A stretch of 64,000 nt of DNA. It comes from Microthyrium microscopicum. Lineage: Eukaryota. A program made the position numbers and the translations under genes. The notes beneath the pieces were generated by a model. The model did not search any database. It saw nothing but the letters and a program-made list of their open reading frames with translations, and was not told the origin of the DNA. The stretch covers positions 1,999,860 through 2,063,859 of the forward strand of contig MU004231.1 in the NCBI GenBank assembly GCA_010405405.1, read 5' to 3'. Below, one piece after another: positions 49,838 to 61,524 of this stretch. Position 1 is the first letter of the stretch. Every line of letters starts with the position of its first letter.

Positions 49838-51110
49838 ATGGGTGGCAACGCATTTTCAACGCTAGATACGCCCAGGCTAAGTCATGAGCAATGGGAGTTG
49901 CTGCGAGTTAGGTGCATCAAAATCCTCCTCGAATTCTATGAACAAGTGGTGTGTCCTCCTGAAGGTATGTGCTGTTATTGATTGTCTTATTATCTTGACG
50001 CGCCACATGAATTGAAAAGGATTATTTGGCCTTTGAAAGGTGAATAATCAGTTATGCTAACATCGTAAAGCGCCCGAGAAAGTTGACCATGGCGACGTGG
50101 ACCTCCTAGTCGAAGCCCCAAAACATCCTATCGAACCAGATACATTACAAAATGCCCTCGGCGCTGTTTCTCGAACGAAGGTTGGCGTGACAATGTCATT
50201 TGCCGTGCCATTACCGGAAACACAAGAATCATTTGCTCAGATCGATGTACACATTTGCGGAGAGGGTAACCTCCAATGGGAGTTGTGGATGGCAAGTTAT
50301 GGCGATCTAGTTCAAATACTGGGGCACCAAAACCGCGGAATTGGATTGACAATGAACGACAAGGGTCTCAATGTTCGTGTACCAGAGGTTGAGATCACCA
50401 ATCGCAAACAAGCTATGATATTGTTGACCAAAGAACCGATCAAAGTCATGCAATTCCTAGGTCTTGATGCTGAACATTGGCAGCGGGGATTCGCCACATT
50501 GGAAGATCTTTTCTTCTGGTGCTCCGCGGGAAGATTCTACAATAAACCCAAATCAAGCGATGCGGCTCCCGAGCAAACTACAAATGACAGGGCAAGACTC
50601 AAGAAGAGACCCATGTTCGCCAATTACTTCTACGAATGGATCCCAGCGCACCCTGAAGCTTGGCAGAATGATGAACGAGTACAGAGAGATGTGGTTCTCC
50701 AAGAGGCGATCAAGTCTTTTGGAGTCCGGACTCAATACGAAGCTATTATGACTACTTGGCGTCAGGAGGTTAATGCAAACGATGCGCTGATATCTATCAA
50801 AGAATCGCTTCCTATCACTGGCTCCGCTCTAGGTCTGGTCTTGAAAGGTATCAAAAGATGGGTCACGTTCAAAGATGGTCAACCGCAAATGCGGCCTTTG
50901 GGTGAACCAGAAGAGGATATTACTAAGCTTCCGGATTGGCTACCACGAATCACCAGTGAAGAACTAGGCCAATTGAACGAGTGGTTGCAAAAAAATTGGC
51001 CCGAACTCAAATCTAGAGAGAAACACAGAAGCGAGGCAAGGCGTGAGCTTGGCCAAGGTGTGGCAGGTTCCATGGCTACTCTCAGTCTACTCCCCACGGA
51101 TCAACTTTAA
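49838..51110 (+). CDS. Uncharacterised Pol-beta/PolX-fold nucleotidyltransferase-like protein
   Basis: ATG 49838 (MGGNAFSTLDTPRL), intron 49965-50070. Motif K.DHGDVDLLV, third acidic residue in QIDVH, and PolX thumb-like segments YGDL..ILG......GLTMNDKGL and VMQFLGLD. Confidence 0.75.
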
Positions 51111-51737
51111 CTTAATCAATGGACATTGTAAGAGGACCTCAGCTGCCACTTGCATACACCACGCTGACGTGCCAAGCAGGGCGGTAGGTTGGGGATCGAA
51201 TGGTAATCCTTACAATCATCGAGATTATCGATCCGGTGGATGAAGAATCTACCAGGAAATCATCCTCGTGCTGTTCTGTCTCTTCTGTTTCTCTGGTGTT
51301 GTTCCAATTCGATCTAAGAGAAATGAACCCACCTTGCATACAGTTCCCCATGATTTGTGTTCTGTGATTTCAAACTTTGTTTGAATCTGCGCGAATCACA
51401 GTATTATAGAGTCTGCATTTGACACCACCGCATGTTAGGGCATAGACGAAAGTCTAGTAATTAGCTCACTTCGCCCAGCTCCTGTTTGCCAACACTGATG
51501 AGACCCCACGGATAACCCGGCGGACAGTCCTCTCGCCAAAGACCAGGTCAAAAGGGCCATTTCCTCTTTACGGCCATTTGTTCGAAATTTTGGTCCTAAA
51601 TTTGCTAGGTATATGTCGTTGGTGCGTAGTTTTTCCCAATCATGGCGATACGTGGGGACTTACAAGCCCTGATGCTAGAAGTTTAATATATTCGACACCA
51701 CCATCAATTCTGTAAGCTCGATTCCCCGCAAATTGAG

Positions 51738-53814
51738 ATGGTAGCCATGGTCTGAGGAGGGCTCACAAATGGCTAATCGACTTACTCTCTCGTGTCTGCA
51801 TCTCTCCTTCACTCTTTAGAGGGCCTGTCACTCAAAGACTGTGTCTTCTTCCCGTATTGCTGGCGCAAGTATGGGAAAGCAGAACTATCGAAGATGGAGG
51901 CTTAGGAAAAGAGGATCTGGTCCACCTCCAGATCCTCTGGTTATACCGACTTCTGGAGAATAGTATGTTGTCATGTTCGTGGCAAATCATGACCTTTACT
52001 GACCTCGTATTCACAGTATTGGCAACGATGGACCATGGTCGACATTTGCTTTGCGCGTCGGTAATCCGCCTCAGTTTGTGAAGGTATTAGCATCGACATC
52101 AAGTCCCGAGACATTCGTCGTCACTTCGAAAGGATGTAATTCTGAAGATCCCAAAGACTGTACTGTAGACAGAGGATTGTTCTTTGATAGCAAAGCATCA
52201 ACTTCGTGGCAGGACTGGCCCAATGGAACCGAGTATGCACTGGACGCAGACCGTGGATTGCCAATGGATGGAAGGGCACTATATGGTACTGACTCGATTA
52301 TGATTATGGGCCATCGATCAGATCCGGATGGAGTTCATGTACCAGGCCATACCATTGCGCAGATTACAACAAAAGATTACTTCCTAGGTAGGAGCCTTCA
52401 GACTAATTAGAGTGTGTAGCTAATGATTGCCAGGCTCAATCGGTCTATCGCCACGAAAGCTTTCACCCGACAAGGCGAGGGAGGGCCGTACCAGCAATCT
52501 GGTTGACATGAAAAATCGAGGCTTGATACCTAGTCTCACTTATGGTTACACAGCTGGAGCTAAATATCGTGCGTAATGCCATTGCATTCGACTTATACCT
52601 ACTAACAGTGTCTAGGGCGGCAAGGACCAAGCTCAAGGCCAGCGTATGCTAGTCTAATACTAGGCGGTTATGACAAGACTGCATACATTCCCAACAATGT
52701 CGACTTCAAAATGGGATCAGAAGATGTTGGACGCGATCTGTCAGTTTCAGTTCGATCAATATCCATTGGCACAAATGATAGCGTCGTTGCAGCAACACCA
52801 ATCGTTGGGCAACCCTTTTCTGCTGTTATTGACTCAGCAGTCTCACAGTACTGGTTGCCACGAGAGGTCTGTGAAGCCTTCGCCCGGACTTTCGATCTCA
52901 AATACAACTCCACAGCTGGACTCTATCTACTAAATAACACTCAACACAACACATTGATGAACGAAAACCCCGTTGTATCATTCACTTTGGCCAATGACGC
53001 CGATCCAACCAAGGAAGTCACCATTTCTCTTCCTTACTCAAGCTTCGAGCTTAAAGTTACGGCTGAATATCCACATGTCCCTGCCTGGAGCCGATACTTC
53101 CCAATCAAACCTGCCTCAAACCCCTTACAATTCACCTTGGGACGAGCATTTCTACAAGAAGCATATCTGGTAGCAAACTATGAAACGAAAAATTTCACGC
53201 TAGGTCAGCGCTTGTATACTACAGACCGCACGACCGTTACGCCAATTCGAGATCCTCATCGGCCAGCTGAAAGCGAAGTATCAAACGCAGCCACCTATGG
53301 CCTCATTGCAGGTGGATGCGCCTTGGCTGGATTATTAATTTTATTCCTTGTCTACCGCTGTGCACGAAAACGAAGCAATGATGAAGAAGCAAAAGAATCA
53401 ACGTATGGTAAAAGCGAGCTTGACAGCAACAATCAAACCATATTTGAGCTTGACAAAACCGAGGTTATCGAATTGGAAGGCACAAGCCGTGTGGAAGCTC
53501 CAAATAACGACATCAAGTGTCTATTCGACAGCCACGAGGAACACGTTGCGGCCGCTGGACCTTTTGAACTACCTGCAAATGAAGAGCCCGACCATGTGGG
53601 AAGACCAGGACCATCCTCGTTAAATTCCAGCCGTGAAGGCGACGATGAGATCCTCGTTAGCCCCATAGACGGCACGATATCTTCAGCATCGAATTTAACG
53701 ATGAGCACATGGGGCCCGGTGACTCCAATTGAAGGTCCCACTGGTTCGATTACTCGACAGCCATCAGACCAAACACTTCCGCCAATCGAGGAGAAGCACA
53801 GAGACTGGCGCTGA
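51738..53814 (+). CDS. Pepsin-like (A1) aspartic-protease-fold membrane protein with a single TM helix and acidic cytoplasmic tail
   Basis: GNDGPWSTFALRVGNPPQ, GLIPSLTYGYTAG, SLILGGYD, AVIDS, TLGRAFLQEAYLVANYE and TM segment YGLIAGGCALAGLLILFLVY. Introns at about 51963-52016, 52388-52432 and 52570-52615. The 5' end is uncertain. Confidence 0.85.
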
Positions 53815-54443
53815 ACTTTTCAACACGATAACCTCCATTTTCAATTGTTTTCTGTATATATGTATCATGATACCCCATCCGTAACGAACAAGATCACCAT
53901 TTGAGTGGCAACCGTTTAGATTCGGAGACCACCACAACGTTTTGATTTGCAACATCTAAACCAAAGCATCATTCACACAAGAAACGTACTCTTAATTTCC
54001 CGCCAATACATCACAACCTTCTCCGAGCCGTCCTCCTCGGATGGCGCTCATGGCTTGTCCATCTTATATACTAATGACATCTCGGTCGGTCTCGATGGAT
54101 TGAACTCGAGCTGACCTAGAAGCTGTACAACTAGTGCTTTGTACTTTACCGCAGCCTGAAGAATAGGCTTCTCTGTAAATTAGCCTGAATGAACACTTGA
54201 AGATACAAAAAAACCCATGAGCGGTTTCGTTTGCTCTGCTGGCCAATAAATTAGATCTGTGCATTAGTTCACTCGCGTTTCGGTCTACATTTGGTCTCAT
54301 ATGCGACATGTAGGACAACTTGTTCATTGAGAGACATCATTTGATCTCACATTTACCGAACAGATATGAGCATCTGATTATCGAAAACCAAAGCCTATTC
54401 TTCCGCAGGTTCCGTTCCATGCCAGTTCCAACTAATCGTCCAG

Positions 54444-55751
54444 TTATTCTACCTTTGGTTCTGGCTTCAAGAACCACTTCTTCTTGACAAACAGAAAAGT
54501 GTGCATCATTAGCCCAACAGCCCATGCAGTTCCATTAGGAAGTTCATCAGACAATGCCGTCATGGCATATCTTTCAATGGTTGTATAAGGAGCTCCAGGC
54601 GTGAAAAACATGAAATTCATCATGTCAAGTGTCTTTTGCTGTACTTCTGCTGCACGACGAAACATGTCATCTTCAAAGCCCTTTAAGGCAAATGAAAGTA
54701 TTGGTCTAAGATCCCGAGACGTATTTATTGAGCCTTCCACAGCCTTGCTTATCACCCGCGATAGGTCCAAGGCATCCGTCATGGCAAGATTGACTCCTTC
54801 ACCAGCGAAAGGTGTCATCAAATGTGCAGCGTCACCAATAAGTGTCAGTCCAGGAACGTGTTTCCACCGAATACCAACTGGTAGATGATATAGGTCGCGG
54901 TTTACCAGTCCACCACTATCTATTGCATCTAGTAGTGATGTGATCCGCTCGTCCCAGTCTGTGTATCCCTTTAAAGCGGCGCTTCTCAACGCCTCGCCGT
55001 TTTGCTCATCCAGCCCGTTAGTCTTCGTCCAGTTTTCAGGTCTGGCCCAGATTGCTGACACGTTGAGACAACCATCTCCCAGCTGCTGAGCCATAATACT
55101 CTTACCATCTGAGAAGCTGAAAAAAGATCCTCGATTCGCCATAGCATGAAGTTTCGGAAATCGTTTTTCCGCATCATGTATTAGTCCCCAAACTCCTCCA
55201 ACTCCTGCGTAAGACGGGAATTCGTCGCTCAACAGCTTGCGCACTCGACTGAACGCTCCATCTGCTCCAACCACCAGATGATAAGGACCATGGTCCTTTC
55301 CATCATCATCAGACAACCACCATTCCCCATCCCTTCCCACCACTTCCTTGATCTTCACACCCCATTTTATCGAATTCTGGGGCATGCTGGCCACAAGGAT
55401 TTCCCGTAGTCGAGACCGATCGATTTCCGGTCTGCCGTGCTTGCTTTCTCCAGTACTTCCAGGTCTTCTTATGTAAATGCGATACTGCTTGTCTGCAAAA
55501 GTGAATGCCTCGCCATCGTATCGCGCGTGCTTCAAGTATTCATCGTGTAATCCTGCCTCTTTGACTGCCTTGATGCCAGTGTTGTAATGCAGATCAAGTG
55601 TGCCGCCTTGGGTGCGCGCTTCTAATGATTTCTCGGCTTCAAAGATGGTACTGGGGATGTCGGCGCGATGTAAGAGCCGAGCGAGAGTGGTGCCTGCCGG
55701 TCCGGCCCCTATGATCGCGACTTTGGCGTCTTGTTTATTGGAGAGCTGCAT
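54444..55751 (-). CDS. FAD-dependent monooxygenase, TetX-like
   Basis: IIGAGPAG, QGGTLDLH, RPEIDR, LVVGADGAFSRVR and LIGDAAHLMTPFAGEGVNLAMTDA. No introns. Confidence 0.92.
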   Translation of the reverse strand: MQLSNKQDAKVAIIGAGPAGTTLARLLHRADIPSTIFEAEKSLEARTQGGTLDLHYNTGIKAVKEAGLHDEYLKHARYDGEAFTFADKQYRIYIRRPGSTGESKHGRPEIDRSRLREILVASMPQNSIKWGVKIKEVVGRDGEWWLSDDDGKDHGPYHLVVGADGAFSRVRKLLSDEFPSYAGVGGVWGLIHDAEKRFPKLHAMANRGSFFSFSDGKSIMAQQLGDGCLNVSAIWARPENWTKTNGLDEQNGEALRSAALKGYTDWDERITSLLDAIDSGGLVNRDLYHLPVGIRWKHVPGLTLIGDAAHLMTPFAGEGVNLAMTDALDLSRVISKAVEGSINTSRDLRPILSFALKGFEDDMFRRAAEVQQKTLDMMNFMFFTPGAPYTTIERYAMTALSDELPNGTAWAVGLMMHTFLFVKKKWFLKPEPKVE

Positions 55752-57289
55752 AATTGTTCAAGACTGATTTTCGCTGTATTTGACGGTGATTGATACTTCA
55801 AATGTTGATGGAATGAATTTCTATGAGCGCAAAAAGTGGACCTGAACCCTTGTGCGATTGAGGCCGAGTCTTTTATCGCTTTCCAGCAGGGAGAGCTAGA
55901 GCTGCCAGGCAACAACTTTTGAATATATTACATGCACAACAAGCCCATCATACTGGTATTTCTGTATGATCAAATAGTTTCCTTGCTTGATGTGTAAACT
56001 GAGAATCTCACTACCTCGACTTTGTTTGTGCCATACCGTATCATTTCATTTCTCCATAGGATTTCGCTTTGAAAAGCATTGAGTTCGAGCCTCAACGAGT
56101 TTTAAGAAAACAAAGCTCCGAAACGTTGACAATAACTTATATGTACATCTACTTGGGTACTTGGTCAAAAGCGGTATATGACAAACTTTGTTCACATAGG
56201 TCGGAGTGTTCTCGCCTAGTTGGTACCTCGTGAGTCATGCGTCTAAGTCAGACTTATTTTAAGTCACTGCGATATATATCAATTTTTCGTGGAAACTTGA
56301 GACTTACCGCGCATGCCTAAAGAAAGTTATTGGAACATTTCCAACCATACTTACTCTGTCAACTGCGAACTACTTCCAGTAACAGAAGAAGAAGGAACTG
56401 CCAGTGAATGTCCACTACACATAAGAAGATTGAACACATCATTGTTGAGATCTCGAGTTCCCGCTAGTATTTGACAACATCGTAGACTTTTCTCTTCTTC
56501 TTTGAACAGAGAACACTTTCATCACATTACAACCGATATCTTTAATTGATGGGGAGTTCATAGAAGAGATTGCTCTGTAGAGCCAGCAGGAACAGGAGTC
56601 ATAGCGACAAAGGGTGAAAGGAATCAAGAATCGTGAAGTGTTGGCATTATTTTCGAGGACGTAGAGAAGGATTGCATCATGAGCGAGTTTTCCAGGATTT
56701 GTTATTGCTAGTCATCGAAAGTTATCAATCATGGATAGAACCTGATGATGTTCTGGCTATAGCTAATCTCGTTTGAATATTCGGGTTCTCCTAGAAAATG
56801 CGTCGCACAAGGCGTTTGAATCAAAGTCGCTCTCCCTGTTACGCGCTGTTAGGTCTGCTAGTCGTTTATGTTCTGGGATAATACTCTGACTCTTTGTGTT
56901 GTTTATACACATACTCAGCGAGTATCAATATGGTATGACGATCTGGTGGACACTCATGGTCATCTTATGCAGGACTTTACTTGATTGGACATTTAGAAGA
57001 TCTGACGGTCAATCAGATATCTTGACTACACGATATCTTGGGAGCAAACGTTATGACTGAATTGAGCGATCTAATGCTAGTCCAGCCAAGCCGTCCTAGT
57101 CATACTTCATAATCCACATGCCCACTGTGCCCACATCTATTTAAGTGCAACAAGACTCAAGCACATAACTCGCAAATCCACAAACTCGACTCAGTTCTCG
57201 TCTCAACTATTCCAACCAAGATCTGGACACGAGCTTACTACCTCTTCACCGTTTTCCTCTCCATCTGTTTTCGTTTCCACAAGGTCGAC

Positions 57290-57837
57290 ATGGCAACTCA
57301 TCCCAATTTCCGCGTAGTAAGACTTTCCTGAATTCCTAGATATGACAGACAAGAGAGCATTGGCACGTGGACCTCTAGAACCAGAGTACACGATATCATC
57401 CCCTCCTGCCTTCTGTTTCTATCAAATTGTCACTGCCCTTCATGGCACCGCCGCTCATGCGACGTGCTAACAACTCCCAGAGCTATCACAAACGCTTCAC
57501 CCCACAAGAGCAAGACAAATATGATCCAGACATCATGGGGATGGAAGTGACAGCCCCAGCTCCTACGGTGATCCTTTTGAAGAGAGACCAACAAGCAGTG
57601 AAATGGACTACAACCTGGCGAATTGAAATAACCAGTTCTATACTTTCGAAGGGGTTTCATAGCTTTGAAAAGACATATCCGTACGATGCCATGACATCCA
57701 TTGGATGGACCGATGTCGTGCATAAGCAGGTTGAAAAGGCAGTCGCTGATGCTAAAGAGGAGAGAGGGTTATTCGAGGCTCTTCAGATGTCTACTTCGAC
57801 TATTAGTGCTAACAGAGACGCGTGGCCTATGGAATAG
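57290..57837 (+). CDS. Small hypothetical protein, paralog A of a tandem pair
   Basis: Exon 1 57290-57316 (MATHPNFRV), intron 57317-57480 (GTAAGA...CTAAC...CAG), exon 2 beginning SYHKRFTPQEQ. Similar to the next gene. Confidence 0.7.
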
Positions 57838-58341
57838 TTTTGCTGGTTTTGTGCTGGTAGGTTTGCTTCAAGAGCACTGGGCTTGAAAGACCTTGTTGAG
57901 GACAGATAAAATCGATTGAATTGATCCGTTGTCTCCTTATGCGACGTGCGATCTCGACGAAAGCATACCTCTTTTATGCTGTTCGTCAAACAAACTGTGG
58001 AAAGTCATGCCCATCTCTGATGTGATTGTATGAGGCAGTATGTCCACCGAATCTGATCATCACCCGCTCATTAACACCTGAAAAAGTCTCGGCGGCGACG
58101 CAATTCGATCTAAGAACAATGAATCTGTACTAGCACCGGCCAAAGCTTTGCTGGCACACAAGCATAAAACCTGAAGCTCACGTCTCGTCAATAACCTCTC
58201 GCTTGTACCCGAACCAAAACTTTATACACAATTGCACTCAACACACACTGAACCACAAGCTATACGACCAAGAGTCTATACATCGGTCAATTATCTTCTA
58301 TTCGTTCCAGTGGACCAGCTAACACTTTATACAGCTTCACC

Positions 58342-58884
58342 ATGGCCACCGTTCCAAATGGTCAGCCTTCCAATGCTCAGGTAAGTCCCAAGCATAGCAA
58401 TCAACAGTAGTCCCAACACAAAGCAATGCTCGGCAATAGCCTTTACCTCATCAAACTATGCACAGTCACCATTAACAGCCTGCAGGCACCACCACTAGGT
58501 CCAATCCTCTACCGCAAAATCTTCAACCAGCAAGAACGCGAATCCTTCCGTCCAGAACTCACCAACCACACCATCACCTACATGGAAGTCGCAGCTCCAG
58601 CACCCATGGCCGGCTGTCCAAACCAAGACTATCCTCAAGCCATCTGGCATCTGACCTGGACCCTCGACATCACAAGCATCTACCTTGCTGGCAACACATT
58701 CCGCTCTGTTCAGCAGTCCATGGAAGTCACGTTTGTGGGCGATGATTTCGACGACTTGGTGGATGATGTAGCTGGAGGGGTAGCTGCTGATGCCTATAGA
58801 GAGAAGATCGCTGCAGAGATTGAGTCGCCCTACTGGATTACTGTCGATTGGAGCAAGAAGGATGAGATTCTGGGTGGGGAGTAG
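58342..58884 (+). CDS. Small hypothetical protein, paralog B of a tandem pair
   Basis: Exon 1 58342-58380 (MATVPNGQPSNAQ), intron 58381-58485, exon 2 beginning APPLGPILYRKIFNQQE. Similar to the previous gene. Confidence 0.72.
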
Positions 58885-59210
58885 AGGAGGCAGGGTCGCA
58901 TGGCTGGTGTTTCTTGAGTAGGCGGGCGCGCTGACTGGTTGTGGGTCTGTGGGTGTTGTGTTTTGTCGGTCAACGATGGCCTTATGATACTGTGGCTAGT
59001 TAGTCTGGCAATTGATACAGTGAAGTCTGATTGTTTTCATAAAGTGAAGAGCAAGTTTTGATGTATCAGCATGATATTGGAACTGTGGCGCAGAGGTAAT
59101 ATAAATATAGAAAGTCTAACCACTAGGACTCCCAAATCGATGGCTAGAATTGGCGGTAGGCCGGGTATCATTTTGACGCCTATCACAAGTACGTACTACA
59201 CCAGTCGCAC

Positions 59211-60210
59211 TCAGCGTCGACCAGCCATAGCGTGTGTAAGTGCAAGTCTCTTGCTGAAAGGACTCAGGCTGCGCTCCCGGACAGGCCGCGTTTCTCGCTT
59301 CGGCGAGCTTTCTCTCTGCCAGTTCGTCTGTTTGTCGTCTCGACGATTTTTCCAATCTCGATTATCCTCCTTCTTGCGCCCTGATCCTCGATACGGACTC
59401 CTTGACTTCTCCCTCTCTCTCACCTTCAACTCCTGCTCCGGCACGTACGATGGTGACAATCTCCTGCGCGGCTTCCCCGGAGTTATACTTCGACTCGGTG
59501 TATAACGACCGCGTATTCGATGGTCTGCACTTGACGAGCTGCGCTCCCGTCCTCGCCCACGCCGCTCTGGCGATTTGACATTCCGCCGGCGTCGGGTATT
59601 GCGATCTTCATGATCTGATTCTTCAGACACGCTGATGTAGGATGGTGAGCGACGTCGCTTGCCGTTGCCGTTTCGGGGCGCAGGGCCTTCGGCTTGCGAG
59701 GTCATGTATTCGTCTTCTCGTGGTCTTCGGGGCGAGTGAGTGCGTGAACGGTTGGTGCTAATCGTTGATATACTATCAGAAGAATCGGCAGAGCGAGAGC
59801 GTTTGCGTGGACTGGCGATGTCGTCGCGGTCCATGGAGGTGCTGCGTTTGCGACCGCGAGCTTGAGCGGCCAATATTTCGTCTGCTACGCCTGTTCTGGG
59901 ATGTGTTAGTAGCTTCTCTATCAGATGGGTAGTACACATACTTGCGCTCCAAATCGTTGGGCGTGTCGCTGGAAAGTTTAGGCACCAGGTCAGGGTTCAG
60001 AAGTTGTTGAGTTCGTGATGGGCGCGCAATGTATGGACGTGCTTGAGCGCCTGTTTTACATTCGTAGCTATAATGACGTGGAAAGTGTTAGCTTGCAGTA
60101 GGTTAGGACGAGCTGGAAGACATATCTCGTTTTAAACATTTTTGGCATAGTGTCGAAGTAGAAGCTTTGGAGGCCGTTTTGGGCGGCGGTGGTCTATAGA
60201 AGCCACTCAT
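59211..60210 (-). CDS. Zinc-knuckle (CCHC) protein with RS-rich tail, ZCCHC10-like
   Basis: Spliced CQKCLKRD|HYSYEC and RPYIARPSRTQQLLNPDLVPKL, followed by an Arg/Ser-rich C-terminus ending RERSLSPFSKRLALT. Introns at about 60079-60123 and 59892-59940. Confidence 0.87.
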
Positions 60211-60795
60211 GATGAATCTTGAAAAAGCGACACTAAGAGGAGATGAAAGGGAGAGAGATGTTGTAGTGTTTGATGAGAGAATGCGGAATTACCGTAGCAA
60301 GATGAGAACAAAGAGCTGAGGGAAAGTTGACTTTGTAAGGCCGGTTTGAAACATCAAACTTCAAGTTGTGGTTGCATCCATGCAGATGTGGCGGTGCATA
60401 TGCTGCACTGCCACAGACATGCGGCTTAAAGCTCTGGATAGTCTAAGCTCAAAAGGGATAAGCGGGTCGCGGGATTGGCAAGCACGTGGGGTGGGGAATT
60501 GGTTGAGATTGCATTGAAGGCAGGAGCTTTGCAGCATCAAGTTAGCTTCATTTCTTAGAGTCTTGGAGAAGAAGCTTCGGAAGCACTGCAGGAAAGAGCA
60601 CACCACTCTGAGATCTATCTCTTCCCTGCCTTATGCTATACTCTACATAACAGTACTATTCCACCTTGGAATTCTTCCCCTCTACCCCATTTCTCTCCTA
60701 CGCGGGCTGCCATACTCCATTGACCAGAGCATACTCCAAACCAAACATCTTCACTGCTCTACTCTCTATCACAACATCCCCGCCTTATACCCGCC

Positions 60796-61240
60796 ATGTC
60801 TCACCAACCTCTTCTTCAAACCGCTCCCGGTATGTTTACTGCTTCTCTTCCAAGTTGATATCTTATCTGACTGACTGCTTCTAGGCAAGCGAATTGCCCT
60901 CCCAACCCGTGTCGAGCCCAAAGTCTTCTTCGCCAACGAACGAACTTTCCTAAGCTGGCTCAATTTTACCGTCATCCTCGGCGGACTGGCCGTTGGCCTT
61001 CTCAACTTCGGTGACAGGGTGGGACAAATCAGTGCTGGTGTTTTCACAATAATCGCCATGGCCGCAATGATGTATGCTCTCTTCACATTCCATTGGCGAG
61101 CGCGGAGTATTCGGAAAAGAGGACAAGCCGGGTTCGATGATCGATATGGGCCTACAGTCTTGGCCTTGGCTCTTTTGGGTGCTGTCATTGTCAACTTCAT
61201 TCTACGGTTCACAGTCCCCGAGAAGCCCGGAAAACATTGA
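60796..61240 (+). CDS. VTC1: Vacuolar transporter chaperone complex subunit 1
   Basis: [37 protein letters not shown], three TM helices and FDDRYGPT. Intron 60830-60884. Confidence 0.96.
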
Positions 61241-61524
61241 TCGACCTTCGGGATCTTGGAATGATGGCTCTGGGGTGCTACATTTGAAAAGTGGAGTCGG
61301 TATATAACGCACAGGATTGACTGACATACTGGAACGATAAGAAGTATTAACATGATTGGAGGTACAGGTCGGCTCGGGCTGCCACGCTTACTGTATATAG
61401 GCCATTCAATATCAACGGAGAGAACAATTCTACCTCTCTACAAGAAATAAATTTACGATCAATACCATCATTCTCGACATGTCTTGACCGTTGTCATTGC
61501 TCATATCCTGTTATTTCGTCAATA

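Noticed and set aside
55900..57200. Long intergenic stretch with short ORFs
   Set aside because: No repeat, RNA gene or protein motif could be identified.
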